Shown one piece after another: positions 20,631 through 31,726 of a DNA stretch of 64,000 nt; position 1 is the stretch's first letter, and each line of letters begins with the position of its first letter. Source of the DNA: an uncultured Gemmatimonadales bacterium (GTDB lineage Bacteria > Gemmatimonadota > Gemmatimonadetes > Gemmatimonadales > GWC2-71-9); contig CAWJIM010000021.1 in the NCBI GenBank assembly GCA_963842945.1, positions 256,001 to 320,000 of the forward strand, written 5' to 3'. The position numbers and the translations under genes were made by a program. The notes beneath the pieces are model-generated. The model did not search any database and was not told the origin of the DNA. It worked only from the letters and a program-made list of their open reading frames with translations.

Positions 20631-21427
20631 TGGCGGTCCGGAGGCTCGTCTGCGGAACCCTGGCGCTGGTGGGCTGCCTCTGGGCGCACCCGGGCTGGGG
20701 CCAGACCAAAGACCAGGCCCGGCTGATATTCACCATTTCCGGTGGAGTGGTCCGAGGCACCGATCTCTGGGAGGTGGATGCTCAACCGGTCCAGTTCATC
20801 ACGCCGACTGACACCATGGCGTTGGGCCGACAGATTCGGTCCAGTCTCGCGCTCGGCTTCGCGGGAACCTATTTCCCCGGAGACAATCTCGGGGTTGCGG
20901 CAGAAGCCTTTCTGATCGGATTGGGATTCGAAGACAGCTGCCGCATGGTATTCTCCTCCGGAGCCTCTGACGTCATCACCACCTGTGAGTCCATTCAGGG
21001 CGCCACCAAATCGGCGAGTGCAGTCTCGCTCTCGGCAGGGCCGGTGTACCGCTTCAACAGCCGCAACCTGTTCTCGCCCTACTTCCGGGCCAATCTCGGC
21101 GTGGTTTTCAGCAACCAGAGCTCGATCCGAATGGTGGGACACTTCCCCACCTCCGAGGGCGAGGCGGATCTGATCATCTACGACGACGACCACGAGTCTC
21201 GGGTTGAGCCCCAATTCACACTCGGGGCGGGGTTCACTGCGGCCATTGCCCCCGGCTACCAGCTTCGGTGGGAAATTCGGGATAACATCACCGGCGTGCA
21301 GACGGTCACGGCCGCAACCCCCCAGGCCCGAACCATCCCACCGCACGAGGTCACTTTCAAGCATCTGTTCAGCTTGTCTATCGGCTTCGATGTGGTGCTG
21401 GAGCGGAGGAAGGGGAGAAGGTATTGA
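20630..21427 (+). CDS. Putative outer-membrane beta-barrel protein
   Basis: Signal peptide, SPYFRANLG and TLGAGF strands, C-terminal SIGFDVVLERRKGRRY. Confidence 0.55.
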   Translation: MAVRRLVCGTLALVGCLWAHPGWGQTKDQARLIFTISGGVVRGTDLWEVDAQPVQFITPTDTMALGRQIRSSLALGFAGTYFPGDNLGVAAEAFLIGLGFEDSCRMVFSSGASDVITTCESIQGATKSASAVSLSAGPVYRFNSRNLFSPYFRANLGVVFSNQSSIRMVGHFPTSEGEADLIIYDDDHESRVEPQFTLGAGFTAAIAPGYQLRWEIRDNITGVQTVTAATPQARTIPPHEVTFKHLFSLSIGFDVVLERRKGRRY

Positions 21428-22050
21428 GCGAAGCTGAGGGAGTTCGAGGGGCAATTTTAGCGGGGGGCGGCGCCACGCGGTTCGGTGGAAAGCCCAAAGG
21501 ACTGGAGCTGGTGGGTGGGCAGCGCATTCTCGATCGGCTGGTGCGCACGATGGAAGAAGCGCTCGGCGAGCCTCCGCTTCTCGTTGCCAACGCTCCGGAT
21601 GCCGCCGGGTGGCGGCCCGATCTCCGCACCGTGAGCGACCTGCGCCCGGGACTCGGCTCGCTCGGCGGCATCTACACCGCCGTGGTCGCGGCGCCCGGCA
21701 CCGGTGGTGTGCGTCGCCTGGGACATGCCCTTCGTCTCGCACACTCTGGTCCGCGCTCTGGCGCTGGGCCTGGCCGAGTACGATGCCATGCTGCCGCAGA
21801 GCGACGGGCGCCGAGGGGTTGAGCCGCTCTGCGCCGCCTACGGTCCGGCGTGCGCCCGGCAATCTCCGCCAGTCTGGACCAGGGTGACCTTCGCGCCATC
21901 GGCTTCCACCCGTTGATACGAGTCGGTATCCTCCCCCTGAACCGGATCCGGACGCTGGCCGATCCCGACCTGCTCTTCTTCAATGTGAACACCGCGGATG
22001 ACCTCGCACGGGCGGACGAGCTGTGGCGGCAACACGCATCATCTCCGTAA
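21424..22050 (+). CDS. mobA: Molybdenum cofactor guanylyltransferase (two frameshifts, near 21700 and 21855)
   Basis: GAILAGG..TRFGG.PK, G.LGGI, WDMPF, EPLCA.Y and FFNVNT spread over three consecutive frames. Confidence 0.88.
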
Positions 22051-22559
22051 TTGGCCGAAAGAACGCCGGCAAAACCACCCTGACGGTGGCTCTGGTCAGC
22101 GAACTGGTTCGTCGAGGCCACCGCGTAATGACCATCAAGCACGGCCATCACCCTGCCGATGCCGACCGGCCGGGCAGCGATACCTGGCGTCACTTTCACG
22201 AGGGCCACGCTGAGCGGGTACTGATCGCTTCACCTGACCTTCGAGTCCTGTTCGAGCGCAGTCCGGACGACTACGACCCCGATCGGCATTGGCTCGGCAC
22301 TACATGCACGGCGCCGACATCGTGCTCACCGAGGGGTACAAGTCGTCGGCTCTTCCCAAGATCGAAGTGTTCCGCCGGGCGGCATCGAGCACTCCACTCT
22401 ATCGATCCCGCGGCGACGAATGCGGGTCAGTGGGTTGCGGTAGTCACAGATGACCCGGATTTCAGGGCCGACTGCGCCGTACTCCATTTCCACGACACAA
22501 TCTGGCTCCAGTTGCTCGCCAACCTGGCATGGGATCGCTCGCTCATCCTCGACCAGTGA
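22023..22559 (+). CDS. mobB: Molybdopterin-guanine dinucleotide biosynthesis protein B (internal frameshifts)
   Basis: GRKNAGKTT, IKHGHH..D.PGSDTWRH; DIVLTEGYK...PKIEV appears in another frame near 22315. Confidence 0.85.
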   Translation: MAATRIISVIGRKNAGKTTLTVALVSELVRRGHRVMTIKHGHHPADADRPGSDTWRHFHEGHAERVLIASPDLRVLFERSPDDYDPDRHWLGTTCTAPTSCSPRGTSRRLFPRSKCSAGRHRALHSIDPAATNAGQWVAVVTDDPDFRADCAVLHFHDTIWLQLLANLAWDRSLILDQ

Positions 22560-23810
22560 GCGCGCCGCTGAGCGCCGCGGAGGCAGCGGAGCGCATCCTG
22601 GATGAGGTGCGTCGGCAGCCCACCCTGCGAATCCCGCTGGACGACGCCCTGGGGAGTGTACTCGCCGAGGATGTGGTGAGCCGCGCTGGACATTCCCGCC
22701 TGGACCAACTCAGCCATGGACGGCTATGCCGCGCGGGGGAGCGACGTGCGGGGAGCGAGTCAGAGCCAACCGGTTCGGCTCCGGGTGATCGAGCAGCTGC
22801 CGGCAGGACACTTCCCTTCCCGATCGATCGGTCCTGGCGAATGCGCCCGCATCTTCACCGGCGCGCCGCTCCCCGAAGGGGCCGACAGCGTGATCCGGCA
22901 GGAGGACACGGATGGCGGCGCGGACTCCGTCACCATTCTGAACGACCGAGATGTCGGGGTGAACATCCGGCGGGTGGGGGAGGACATCCGGAAGGGCAGC
23001 ACGGTGCTGCATTCGGGAGCCGAGCTGGGACCCGCACAGCTGGGCGTGCTGGCGTCGCTCGCCGTAGCTCATCCGCTGGTCTACCGCAGGCCGAGGGTCG
23101 CGATCCTGGGAAGTGGCGACGAGATCGTGGATATCGACCAGCCCGAAGCGATTCTCAGCGGCCGGAAGATCGCCAGCAGCAACACGCATACCCTCGTGGC
23201 CCTGGTGCGACAGGCAGGCGGTGAGCCGGTCAATCTGGGTATTGCCCGGGACACGCCGGAGAGTCTAAAGGACCACCTCGCGCGGGCACGGGACTGCGAT
23301 CTCCTCGTCACCACCGCCGGCATCAGTGTGGGCGAACACGATTACGTTCGCGCGGTGCTGGAGGAACTCGGAGGAGAGCTTCGCTTCTGGAGGCTACGGA
23401 TGCGTCCTGGTGCACCCGTTGGCTTCGGACTCCTGGACGAGAAGCCCTGGATCGGGTTGCCGGGCAACCCGGTGAGCACCATGGTCACCTTCGAGCTGTT
23501 TGTGCGCCCGGCTATCCGAAAGATGATGGGCCACGCTCTGCCCTTCCGCCGCTCGGTCAAGGTCACCGCAGCCGAGCCGATCAACGTCAAGCCGAAGCTA
23601 CAGCACTTCCTGAGAGGAGTGGTGACTGAGAACAGAGGGGGACCGGAGGCCAGACTGACCGGCCCCCAAGGCTCCGGCATTCTCACGTCGATGGTGCAGG
23701 CCAACGCTCTGCTGATCATCCCGGAAGGCCAGTTCGAGACGGCCACCGGCGCCACCCTCGATGCCCTGATCCTGAACGATCCGGTGCACCAGGGTCGGCC
23801 CGGGTTTTAG
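22556..23810 (+). CDS. moeA: Molybdopterin molybdotransferase (frameshift near 22680)
   Basis: LAEDV, NSAMDGYA, RIFTGAP.P.GAD, GDEI, GISVG..D, GLPGNPVS, QGSG.L.S. Confidence 0.93.
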
Positions 23811-23884
23811 CCGCCACCTCCTGCTTTTTGCCTCAATCACCCTCGTTGACGATAACCTGTCGGGTCGGTAACTTTATGCCCTGA

Positions 23885-23997
23885 GAAGGGGAGTAGCTTA
23901 TCCGCCGGATGGCGGACGGATGGATCGTCAGGACTGTTCGCCCAGTGCGGGCACGGTCCATTTGGAAGGCGGCAGGAAGCCTTAGAGCGAGACCTTC
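23885..23997 (+). ncRNA. yybP-ykoY manganese riboswitch
   Basis: GAAGGGGAGUAGC ... GAGCGAGACCUUC (P1/L1); P2 UCCGCC-GGAU-GGCGGA; P3 AUGGAUCG/CGGUCCAU with L3 UCAGGAC; P4 AAGGC/GCCUU; upstream of a terC operon. Confidence 0.9.
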
Positions 23998-24039
23998 GTC
24001 CACGCGAAAGCGGAGCGGACGGGGTCTCGCTCTTTTTTT
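23984..24039 (+). terminator. Riboswitch expression-platform intrinsic terminator
   Basis: AGAGCGAGACCTTCGTCC pairs with GGACGGGGTCTCGCTCT, followed by a U-tract; the 5' arm is the aptamer P1 3' strand. Confidence 0.88.
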
Positions 24040-24059
24040 AGACCCCACCAGGGGGACGT

Positions 24060-24896
24060 ATGAACAACGTCAAGACCTTTGTACTCATGGCCGGGTTGCT
24101 CGGCCTGTTCCTGCTGGCCGGCCAGCTCATCGGCGGCTCCAGCGGACTCCTGGCCGCGCTGGTCATCGGCAGTCTCTTCAACTTCATGATGTACTTCTTC
24201 TCCGACCGGCTGGTGCTCCGGATGTACGGGGCGCAGGTGGTGACCGCCCAGGAGGCGCCGGAGCTCTACGCCATGGTGGATCGGCTCCGGCAGAGGGCCG
24301 GACTTCCGATGCCCACGGTGGCGGTGGCGCCCCACGAGCAGCCCAATGCCTTCGCCACCGGCCGCAGTCCCGATCACGCGGTGGTGGCGGTGACCACCGG
24401 CATCCTCAAGTACATGCCGCAGGACGAGCTCGAGGGCGTCATTGCCCACGAGCTGGCGCACATCAAGAACCGGGACATGCTGATCTCGACCGTGGCGGCG
24501 GGCATTGCCGGCGCGCTCAGCAACCTTCCCTATCTGCTGATGTTCGGCGGTGGCAGGGACGACGAAGGCGGACACCCGTTCGCCCAGCTCGCCTTGCTCC
24601 TGCTGGCTCCGCTTGGCGCGATGCTGATTCAGTTTGCCGTATCCCGGCAGCGGGAGTTCGAGGCTGACCGGGTGGGAGCCTTGATCCTGGGCCGGCCCCA
24701 GCCGCTGGCGCACGCGCTGGTCCGGCTCGACTCGCTCGCCCACCAGATTCCCATGCAGGTAGCGCCTGCTGCGGCACCGCTGGCTCAGGTCAATCCGCTG
24801 GCCGCCCGGGGCGGAGGGCTAGCCAAGCTGTTCAGCACTCACCCGCCCACAGCTGAACGGGTGGCTCGGCTCGACGCTATGGCCCAGGCCCGCTAA
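24060..24896 (+). CDS. htpX: M48 zinc metalloprotease HtpX-like
   Basis: PNAFATGR, ELEGVIAHELAH, SRQREFEAD, FSTHP; N-terminal TM helices. Confidence 0.92.
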   Translation: MNNVKTFVLMAGLLGLFLLAGQLIGGSSGLLAALVIGSLFNFMMYFFSDRLVLRMYGAQVVTAQEAPELYAMVDRLRQRAGLPMPTVAVAPHEQPNAFATGRSPDHAVVAVTTGILKYMPQDELEGVIAHELAHIKNRDMLISTVAAGIAGALSNLPYLLMFGGGRDDEGGHPFAQLALLLLAPLGAMLIQFAVSRQREFEADRVGALILGRPQPLAHALVRLDSLAHQIPMQVAPAAAPLAQVNPLAARGGGLAKLFSTHPPTAERVARLDAMAQAR

Positions 24897-25835
24897 GTGG
24901 GCGACCACAGCTCGGCCGTCTGGCTCGGCTTCACCGGGCTGGTGGCTGGCGCTGCTGGTGCTCGACCTGGGGGTGCTCAACCGCCGCGTCGCACGTGCTC
25001 ACGCTCAGGGAGGCGATGAGCTGGAGCGGCGGGCTGGTCGCGCTGGCTCTCCTGTTCGGCCTGTTCGTGCTCTGGCAGGAGGGCACCCAGCACGCGCTGG
25101 AGTACTACACCGGCTACCTGATCGAGCTGTCGCTCAGCGTCGACAATCTCTTCGTCTTCCTGCTGATCTTCTCCTACTTCGGGGTGCGGGCCGAGGCGCA
25201 GCCCAAGGTCCTGAAGTGGGGCATTCTGGGCGCGATCGTGATGCGGCTGATCATGATCGCGCTCGGCGCCCTGCTGCTGCAGCGGTTCAACTGGATCGTG
25301 TACGTCTTCGGGGGCCTGCTGGTCCTGACCGGCATCCGGATGTTCACGCAGAAGGAAGAGATGGTGCAGCTGGAGCGGAATCCGGTGGTGCGGCTGGCCC
25401 GGCGGTTCCTGCCGATCTGCGAGTCCTACGACGGGACCAGGTTTTTCACCCGCACGGCCGGGGGAGAGCTGCTGGCCACGCCCTTGCTTCTGGTGGTCCT
25501 GGTGGTGGAGTGGTCCGATCTGGTGTTCGCCATCGACAGCATTCCGGCCATCTTCGCCATAACCCGGGATCCCTTCCTGGTCTACAGCTCCAACATCTTC
25601 GCCATCCTCGGGCTGCGGGCAATGTTCTTCGTGCTGGCCGGCATGCTGGACAAGTTCGTGTACCTGAAGACCGGCGTGGCGTTCATTCTCGTCTTCGTCG
25701 GCCTCAAGATGACGTTGAGCGCATGGATCCACATTCCCACTGCCCTGTCGCTGGCGGTGATCGTCACTCACGCTGGCTGCTGCCGTGGGGCTGTCCCTGC
25801 GCCACAGCCGCCAGGAAGCCCGGGCCGCCGCCTGA
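24897..25835 (+). CDS. terC: TerC/Alx family membrane protein (frameshifts near 24945, 24990, 25770)
   Basis: LDLGV, EYYTGYLIELSLSVDNLFVF, DLVFAIDSIPA, SNIFAILGLR; GTG directly follows the htpX TAA; reconstructed stop TGA 25833-25835. Confidence 0.9.
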
Positions 25836-25843
25836 GGCTGGGA

Positions 25844-27540
25844 TTCAGGGCGGAGCTGCGCCAGCACCGCCCGGGCGTTCTCGTTGGACGGATCGAGCTG
25901 GAGCGACTTCCGGTAGTGCTGAATGGCTGCTTCCCGGCGGCCCGCCGCGAGGCAGGCTTCACCCAGAGAATCCCACGCGTTGGCCGACTCGGGGTGCTCG
26001 GCGGCATTGAGCTCGAAAATGGCGATCGCCTGCTCGATGGCGCTTCTCGCTGCAGCAGACGATAACCCAGGGAGTTGAGCTCCTCCTCGGTATCCACGTA
26101 CCGGTACTTCGGGTCGGCTCGATAGGCGCGGTAGCGGCGTAGCGCTTCCGACAGATCGCCGGAATCCAATGCAGCGGCCATCCGATCGGCCACCGGTGGC
26201 TCGGCACGGTAATCCAGGACTGCCTGGAGCGCCGGATCCACGGTTGTTCCGGTAGTCCGCCGAGGTGAGCTCTGCGGCGATGTCGGGCGCCTTCCATTGC
26301 CGGGTATCCCGTTCATCCACCTGCCACCACAGAGTGGAGACCCGGACGGTGATGCCGCTGTGGGGCAGGGTGATCTTCCGCGAGTCGCCATACGAGTTCG
26401 CTTTCCCACCCGATGGCTCCCCCACGAACACGGCGTCGGTATAGTGCTCCAGCTCGTTGACCAGGAACTGGGCCGCGGAGAAAGTGCTGCGCCCGATGAG
26501 CGACGAAGAGCTTGCCCGGGCCGTCCAGCTTCCGAGCCTTGATCAGGCTGAGCAGCAGCGGCGGTTGAGGGTGCCATTTCCGCCGCGGTTGAGCCGGAGA
26601 TCCAGCACCAGGCGGTCGCACATCGGCGGTATCCAGCAAGCGCCAGAAGCCGGCGGGAGAAGTTGGCGATGCTCTCACCCTCCTTGTCCCCACCTTGTTG
26701 TACTGGACGTAGACCAGGTGGCTGCTCAGGGAGATACTCGAGCCAGTACTGGTCGCGAGGGATCGTGGCGAAGCCAGAGCGGCGTTGGGTTCGGCGCCGA
26801 GTCCCGCATGTCCACCCACCCGCTGTCGGGCCACCAGCTCACGATCGGTGTCGGGCGGCATCAGCGGGGCCGGGCCGCTGGGGCTCAGCGTCACCGTCGA
26901 TCGCCGGCCGCCCCGTTCGATCACGAATTCGGCGACTCGCTCCATGTCGGTACTGATGATCCGAGGGCATGCAGCACCTCCGGCATCGCCAGCAGAAAGG
27001 GCGCGAAGAAGCGGGCGTCCATCTCGTTGTCCGCCCGACCAGCTCCCGCACCTGGCGTAGGCCTGCTCCGGCGTTGCCTGCCCGATCTGAACGACCCGGG
27101 CGCCGGCCAGGTCGGCGTGCGGCCGGTCTGGCGGCTCGGACGAAGAGGCCGTCCTTGAAGAAGTAGAGCTTGACCGGCAGGGTCCGGAACCCGATCTTCG
27201 GATCTCGGGTTGGCGCGATGTTGGTGTGGCCGTCTCCCACCAGGGCCGACGATCCGGGCCAGCTCGACGATGACCTGATGCCGTGCCAGCGAGGGAATTC
27301 GCCGATCGAGGGCCGCAACCGCGCTGTCGAACCGCTCCCGCGAAACGGTGTGGTACAGGTTTCGGTGGCGGCGGGCCATCTCGGCCGGGCCATGTAGGCC
27401 AGATCCTCCCGCCAGGCGACCACTTCGCACTGTCGAGCGTGAGCGGGTACCGCGCGGAGGTTCCTGCGGGCTGCTGCAGGTAGGGCCCAGGATGAAGGCG
27501 AGGGGCAGGCGAAGCCTGCGTTCGAGAAGACGTCGTTCAT
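25844..27540 (-). CDS. S41-family peptidase with C-terminal TPR (many frameshifts)
   Basis: Fragments in successive frames: W.EDL, H.NLYH, GDGHT, YVQYN, DLR.NRGGN, TFSAA, FVGEPSGG, PDI; TPR ANAWDSLGEA...AI.HY.KSL.LDP.N. Confidence 0.75.
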
Positions 27541-27626
27541 GGTCGCAGTTTGACTCCGCGACCCAGCGGCAAAAGGTTGCGCGGCTCTTACCGGGCGTAC
27601 CGCGGTTCCGCCTAAGCTTCCCGGCC

Positions 27627-28978
27627 ATGCCGCTCGCATCCCTCTGTCCCGCCTGGGACTGGACCGCCCGGAGCTCCGGGCGTGGGCGATGTACGACTGG
27701 GCCGCCTCCGCGATGCAGACCACCATCATGGTGGCGGTCTTCCCCATCTACTTCGTGAAGGTCGCCGGCGCCGGACTGGCCGAAAGCGGCGCCACCCAGC
27801 GGCTGGCCACGGTGAATACGGTGGCGCTGGTGATCATCGCCGTGCTCTCCCCCATCCTCGGGCGCGATCTCGGACTATCGGGGAACCAAGAAGCGGCTGC
27901 TGGCCCTGTTCATGTGGATCGGGGTGCGCGGCCGTGCTGGGGATGTTCTTCATCGGCCGGGGAGACCTCGACCTCGCTTCGATCCTGTTCGTGATCTCGC
28001 TGATCGGCGCAGCGGGAAGCTTCGTCTTCTACGAGGCGCTGCTGCCGCACATCGCCCGGCCGGACGAGATCGACCGGGTGTCGACCGCCGGGTACGCCCT
28101 CGGCTACGTCGGCGGCGGCGTGCTTCTCGCTCTCAATCTGGCGTGGATCCAGCGGCCGGACTGGTTTGGCCTCCCCTCGGGCGCCGGACTCAGCCCCGCA
28201 CAGGCGACGTTGCCGGTCCGACTGGCGTTTCGTTTCGGTGGCGGTCTGGTGGCTGGTCTTTTCCCTGCCGCTCTTTCGCCGGGTTCCCGAGCCGCCGGCG
28301 TCACTCGAGCCGGACGAGCACCGGGGAGAGAATCCGATCAGGATGGCGTTCGTCCGCCTGGGCGAAACCTTTCGCGAGCTCCGCAGCTACCGGCAGGCCT
28401 TTCTCATGCTGTTGGCCTTCCTGATCTACAACGACGGGATCCAGACCATCATCAAGATGGCGACTGCCTATGGCACCGAGCTCGGCATCGGCCAGAGCGC
28501 GCTGATCGGCGCCATCCTGCTGGTGCAGTTCGTGGGGATCCCCTGCTCCTTCCTGTTCGGCATGCTGGCCGGCCGGATCGGCGCCAAGCGGGCGCTGTTT
28601 CTCGGGCTGCTGGCCTATACCGCCATCAGCGTGCTGGGCTACTTCATGAAGACGGCAACCCACTTCTACATCCTGGCCGCACTGGTGGGGACGGTTCAGG
28701 GTGGCACTCAGGCGCTGAGCCGCTCGCTGTTCGCCAGCATGATTCCGCAGCACAAGTCCGGGGAGTTCTTCGGCTTTTTCAGCGTCTTCGAAAAATTTGC
28801 CGGGATCTTCGGACCGCTCATCTTTGCCGGCACCATTGCCGCCACCGGCTCGAGCCGAAATGCGATTCTCTCGGTCATCGTGTTCTTTGCCGTGGGAGCA
28901 CTGCTGCTCTGGCCGCTTGACGTGGCGGAAGGCCAGCGGGCCGCCCGGGCAGCCGACCAGGCGGTTCGCCCCGCCTAG
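27627..28978 (+). CDS. MFS transporter, UMF1/Atg22-like (several frameshifts)
   Basis: [52 protein letters not shown]...K. Confidence 0.85.
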
Positions 28979-28994
28979 CCGGCCGGCAGCAGCA

Positions 28995-29424
28995 TCACCG
29001 GAGCAGATTGCGCCGCATCAGGAGCGGCTTGCTGTTCTTGCCGCCGTCCTTCCCGCCATCCTTCGACTCCCGGGCCAGTACGTGAACGACGGAGCTCTGG
29101 GCCTTTCCCAGGGCGCTGGCGGTGACCGTCACCGTCCCCTCCATCCGGCCCACAACACCGCCATTGGAGCCGACCGTGGCAATCGCGTCGTTGCTGCTCT
29201 TCCAGCTGACGGAACTCGTCGAGCACATCGCCGAACTCGTCTCTGATCCGGGCCTGAAGTGTCACCACCTGCCCGGCATGGATGGTTGCCGGTGCTGGGA
29301 ATTACTGTGATCGCCGCGGGTGGTGCCGGCGCGGAGTCGAGGGTGACAGGGAGTCCTCACAGGCCGCGATGGCCGCTACGGCTCCCATGGTTGTGATCAG
29401 TCGTGACAGGATGATGGCGCGCAT
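28995..29424 (-). CDS. Small lipoprotein with Big_2 Ig-like domain (frameshifted)
   Basis: Lipobox-like AIAAC; VTLQARIRDEFG; V.WKSSNDAIATV.SNG.V.G...GTVTVTAS. Confidence 0.6.
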
Positions 29425-29520
29425 TGTAACCTCCAGCCCAAGCCGTGTGTCGTTTCGGCGAATACACAAACGAAATTAAGGATGGAACGTGAATGAGCCG
29501 TGAATTGGCGAGGATTGATC

Positions 29521-29549
29521 TTGCAGCAGCCCACCCGCTTTTCTAGCTT
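29521..29549 (+). promoter_or_regulatory. Putative sigma70 promoter of the DAP/lysine operon
   Basis: TTGCAG-17 bp-TAGCTT, about 100 nt upstream of ATG 29652. Confidence 0.55.
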
Positions 29550-29651
29550 ATAGCGGCTCGTCACCCAGAATCGGCCTGCCTAGCGCAGCGCTCTGTTTTC
29601 TCTCGATCAGGAGCCCCGCCACGTCGGTATCGCTGGCGGGGCATCTCATTC

Positions 29652-30656
29652 ATGGATGCACTGGAACTGACTCGAGCACTCGTCGCCCTGGAGACGCCCA
29701 CCGGCTCCGAAGGACCGGCCACGGACTTTCTGGACAACATCCTGCAGCAAGCGGGCTATCACACGGTGCGCCAACCAGTCAGTGCGGGCCGGGAGAATCT
29801 CTACGCGTACCGGGTGTCGCCCACCGTGGTGTTCTCTACCCACCTCGATACCGTTCCGCCCTACGTACCGCTGTCCGAGGACGCCGACACCATTCATGGA
29901 CGGGGAAGCTGCGACGCCAAGGGGCTGGCGGCGGCAATGATCGCGGCCGCCGAGCGGCTGGCGAGCCGGGGTGAGCGGCGGATCGGACTGCTGTTTCTGG
30001 TGGGTGAAGAGAATGGCTCCGATGGGGCCCGGGCAGCCGGAGAGCTGAGTCCGCGGGGGCGCTTCTTGATCAACGGCGAGCCGACCGAGAACCGGCTCTC
30101 GATTGGACAGAAGGGTTCGCTTCGGGTAGACCTGGTGGCCCAGGGCCGAGCCGCGCATTCGGCCTATCCGGCCGAAGGGGTCAGCGCCATCGCCGCACTG
30201 CTCGATACCATCGAGCGCATCCGCCGAATGCCTCTCCCCAGCGACCCGCTGCTGGGGCAGTCCACCCTCAACCTTGGGCTGATCGAGGGAGGGGTGGCGC
30301 CAAACGTGATTCCTCCATCGGCCACGGCCCAGCTCCTGATCCGGACGGTGGAACCCTCGGATGCACTGAAGAGCGGCATTCGAGCGCTCCTCGCTCCCGG
30401 AGTCACCGTGGACTTTCCGGTCGAGCTGCCATTCCATAAGGGCGGAAACGCCCCGGATGGTTGGGAAACCACCGTGGTGAGCTACGCCAGCGACCTGCCG
30501 TTTCTTTCGGCTTGGGGCGAGCGGTATCAGCTCGGTCCCGGGACCATACGAGTCGCCCACACCAGCCACGAGCACATCCGGAAGGCTGATCTTCTTCGTG
30601 GCGTCGATCTCTACGAGCGATTGGCTTCTGATCTGTTGAAACGGGCCCCCGCGTGA
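29652..30656 (+). CDS. M20 family deacylase (ArgE/DapE-like)
   Basis: STHLDTVPP, GRGSCDAKG, VGEE, NGEPT, GRAAHS, GPG....AH. Confidence 0.88.
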   Translation: MDALELTRALVALETPTGSEGPATDFLDNILQQAGYHTVRQPVSAGRENLYAYRVSPTVVFSTHLDTVPPYVPLSEDADTIHGRGSCDAKGLAAAMIAAAERLASRGERRIGLLFLVGEENGSDGARAAGELSPRGRFLINGEPTENRLSIGQKGSLRVDLVAQGRAAHSAYPAEGVSAIAALLDTIERIRRMPLPSDPLLGQSTLNLGLIEGGVAPNVIPPSATAQLLIRTVEPSDALKSGIRALLAPGVTVDFPVELPFHKGGNAPDGWETTVVSYASDLPFLSAWGERYQLGPGTIRVAHTSHEHIRKADLLRGVDLYERLASDLLKRAPA

Positions 30657-31726
30657 GCCAGAGGATTCCGGTCGCGGTTCTGGGTGCTACCGGCACAGTC
30701 GGACAGAAGTTCGTCCGCTTGCTGGCGGAGCACCCCTGGTTCGAAGTGGCCGCCGTGGCCGCCTCGTCTGCCAGCACCGGGCGGACCTACGCGGAGGCGA
30801 CCCGCTGGAGAGAACCGGTGCCGATGCCGGCGGAGGCCGGCCGGCTCACCGTGAAAGAATGCGTTCCTCCCAGCCCGGGACCAATCGTCTTTTCGGCGCT
30901 GGAGGCGGAGGTGGCCGGCCCAATCGAGCAGGCCTTTGCCGCGTCGGGCGCAATCGTGATTACAAACACCCGCACCCACCGCATGGATCCGGATGTTCCG
31001 CTTCTGATCCCTGAAGTGAACGAGGACCACCTTTCACTGGTGGACTGTCAGCGGCAGTCTCGCGGCTGGGACGGCGCCATCCTGGCCAACCCCAACTGTT
31101 CCACCGCGGCGCTGGCGCTGGCGCTGGCCCCGCTCCACCGGGCTTTCACCATCGAACGACTGTTCGTTTCGACCATGCAGGCCATTTCGGGGGCCGGGTA
31201 TCCGGGGGTGGCGTCCCTCGACATCGTGGGCAACGTGATCCCGTTCATAGCCGGTGAGGAGGAGAAGATCGAGCGGGAGAGCCGCAAGATTCTGGGGACG
31301 CTTGCCAGCGGCGTCATCGAGCCGTCTCACTTCTCCCTCAGCGTGCACGCCAACCGGGTGCCGGTAATAGATGGCCACATGGCAACCGTGTCGGTTGGGT
31401 TCCGGCAGAAGGCTGATCCGGCTCAGGCCATCGAGGCACTCCGCGCCTTCCGCGGTTCGCCCCGGGTCTGCCAGCTGCCCTCATCTCCGGTCCCACCGAT
31501 CGAAGTGGATGAGCGAATCGATCGTCCGCAGTCAAGGCTCGATGTCGACCGCGGCGCCGGTATGGCGGTCTCGGTCGGGCGCGTCCGCCCCTGCCCGGTG
31601 CTCGATCTTCGCATGGTGGTGCTGGGACATAACACCGTGCGCGGAGCAGCCGGACAGGCGGTTCAGATCGCCGAGCTGCTGGTGGCTGACGGAAGAGTTG
31701 CCCAGCCGGCAGGAGGGTCTCGATGA
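30653..31726 (+). CDS. asd: Aspartate-semialdehyde dehydrogenase
   Basis: GATGTVGQ, IPEVN, NPNCST, QAISGAG, RVPV.DGH, HNTVRGAAG. Confidence 0.96.
   Translation: MSQRIPVAVLGATGTVGQKFVRLLAEHPWFEVAAVAASSASTGRTYAEATRWREPVPMPAEAGRLTVKECVPPSPGPIVFSALEAEVAGPIEQAFAASGAIVITNTRTHRMDPDVPLLIPEVNEDHLSLVDCQRQSRGWDGAILANPNCSTAALALALAPLHRAFTIERLFVSTMQAISGAGYPGVASLDIVGNVIPFIAGEEEKIERESRKILGTLASGVIEPSHFSLSVHANRVPVIDGHMATVSVGFRQKADPAQAIEALRAFRGSPRVCQLPSSPVPPIEVDERIDRPQSRLDVDRGAGMAVSVGRVRPCPVLDLRMVVLGHNTVRGAAGQAVQIAELLVADGRVAQPAGGSR

Noticed and set aside
29430..29651. Lysine riboswitch
   Set aside because: The leader is too short and lacks the conserved L-box motifs.
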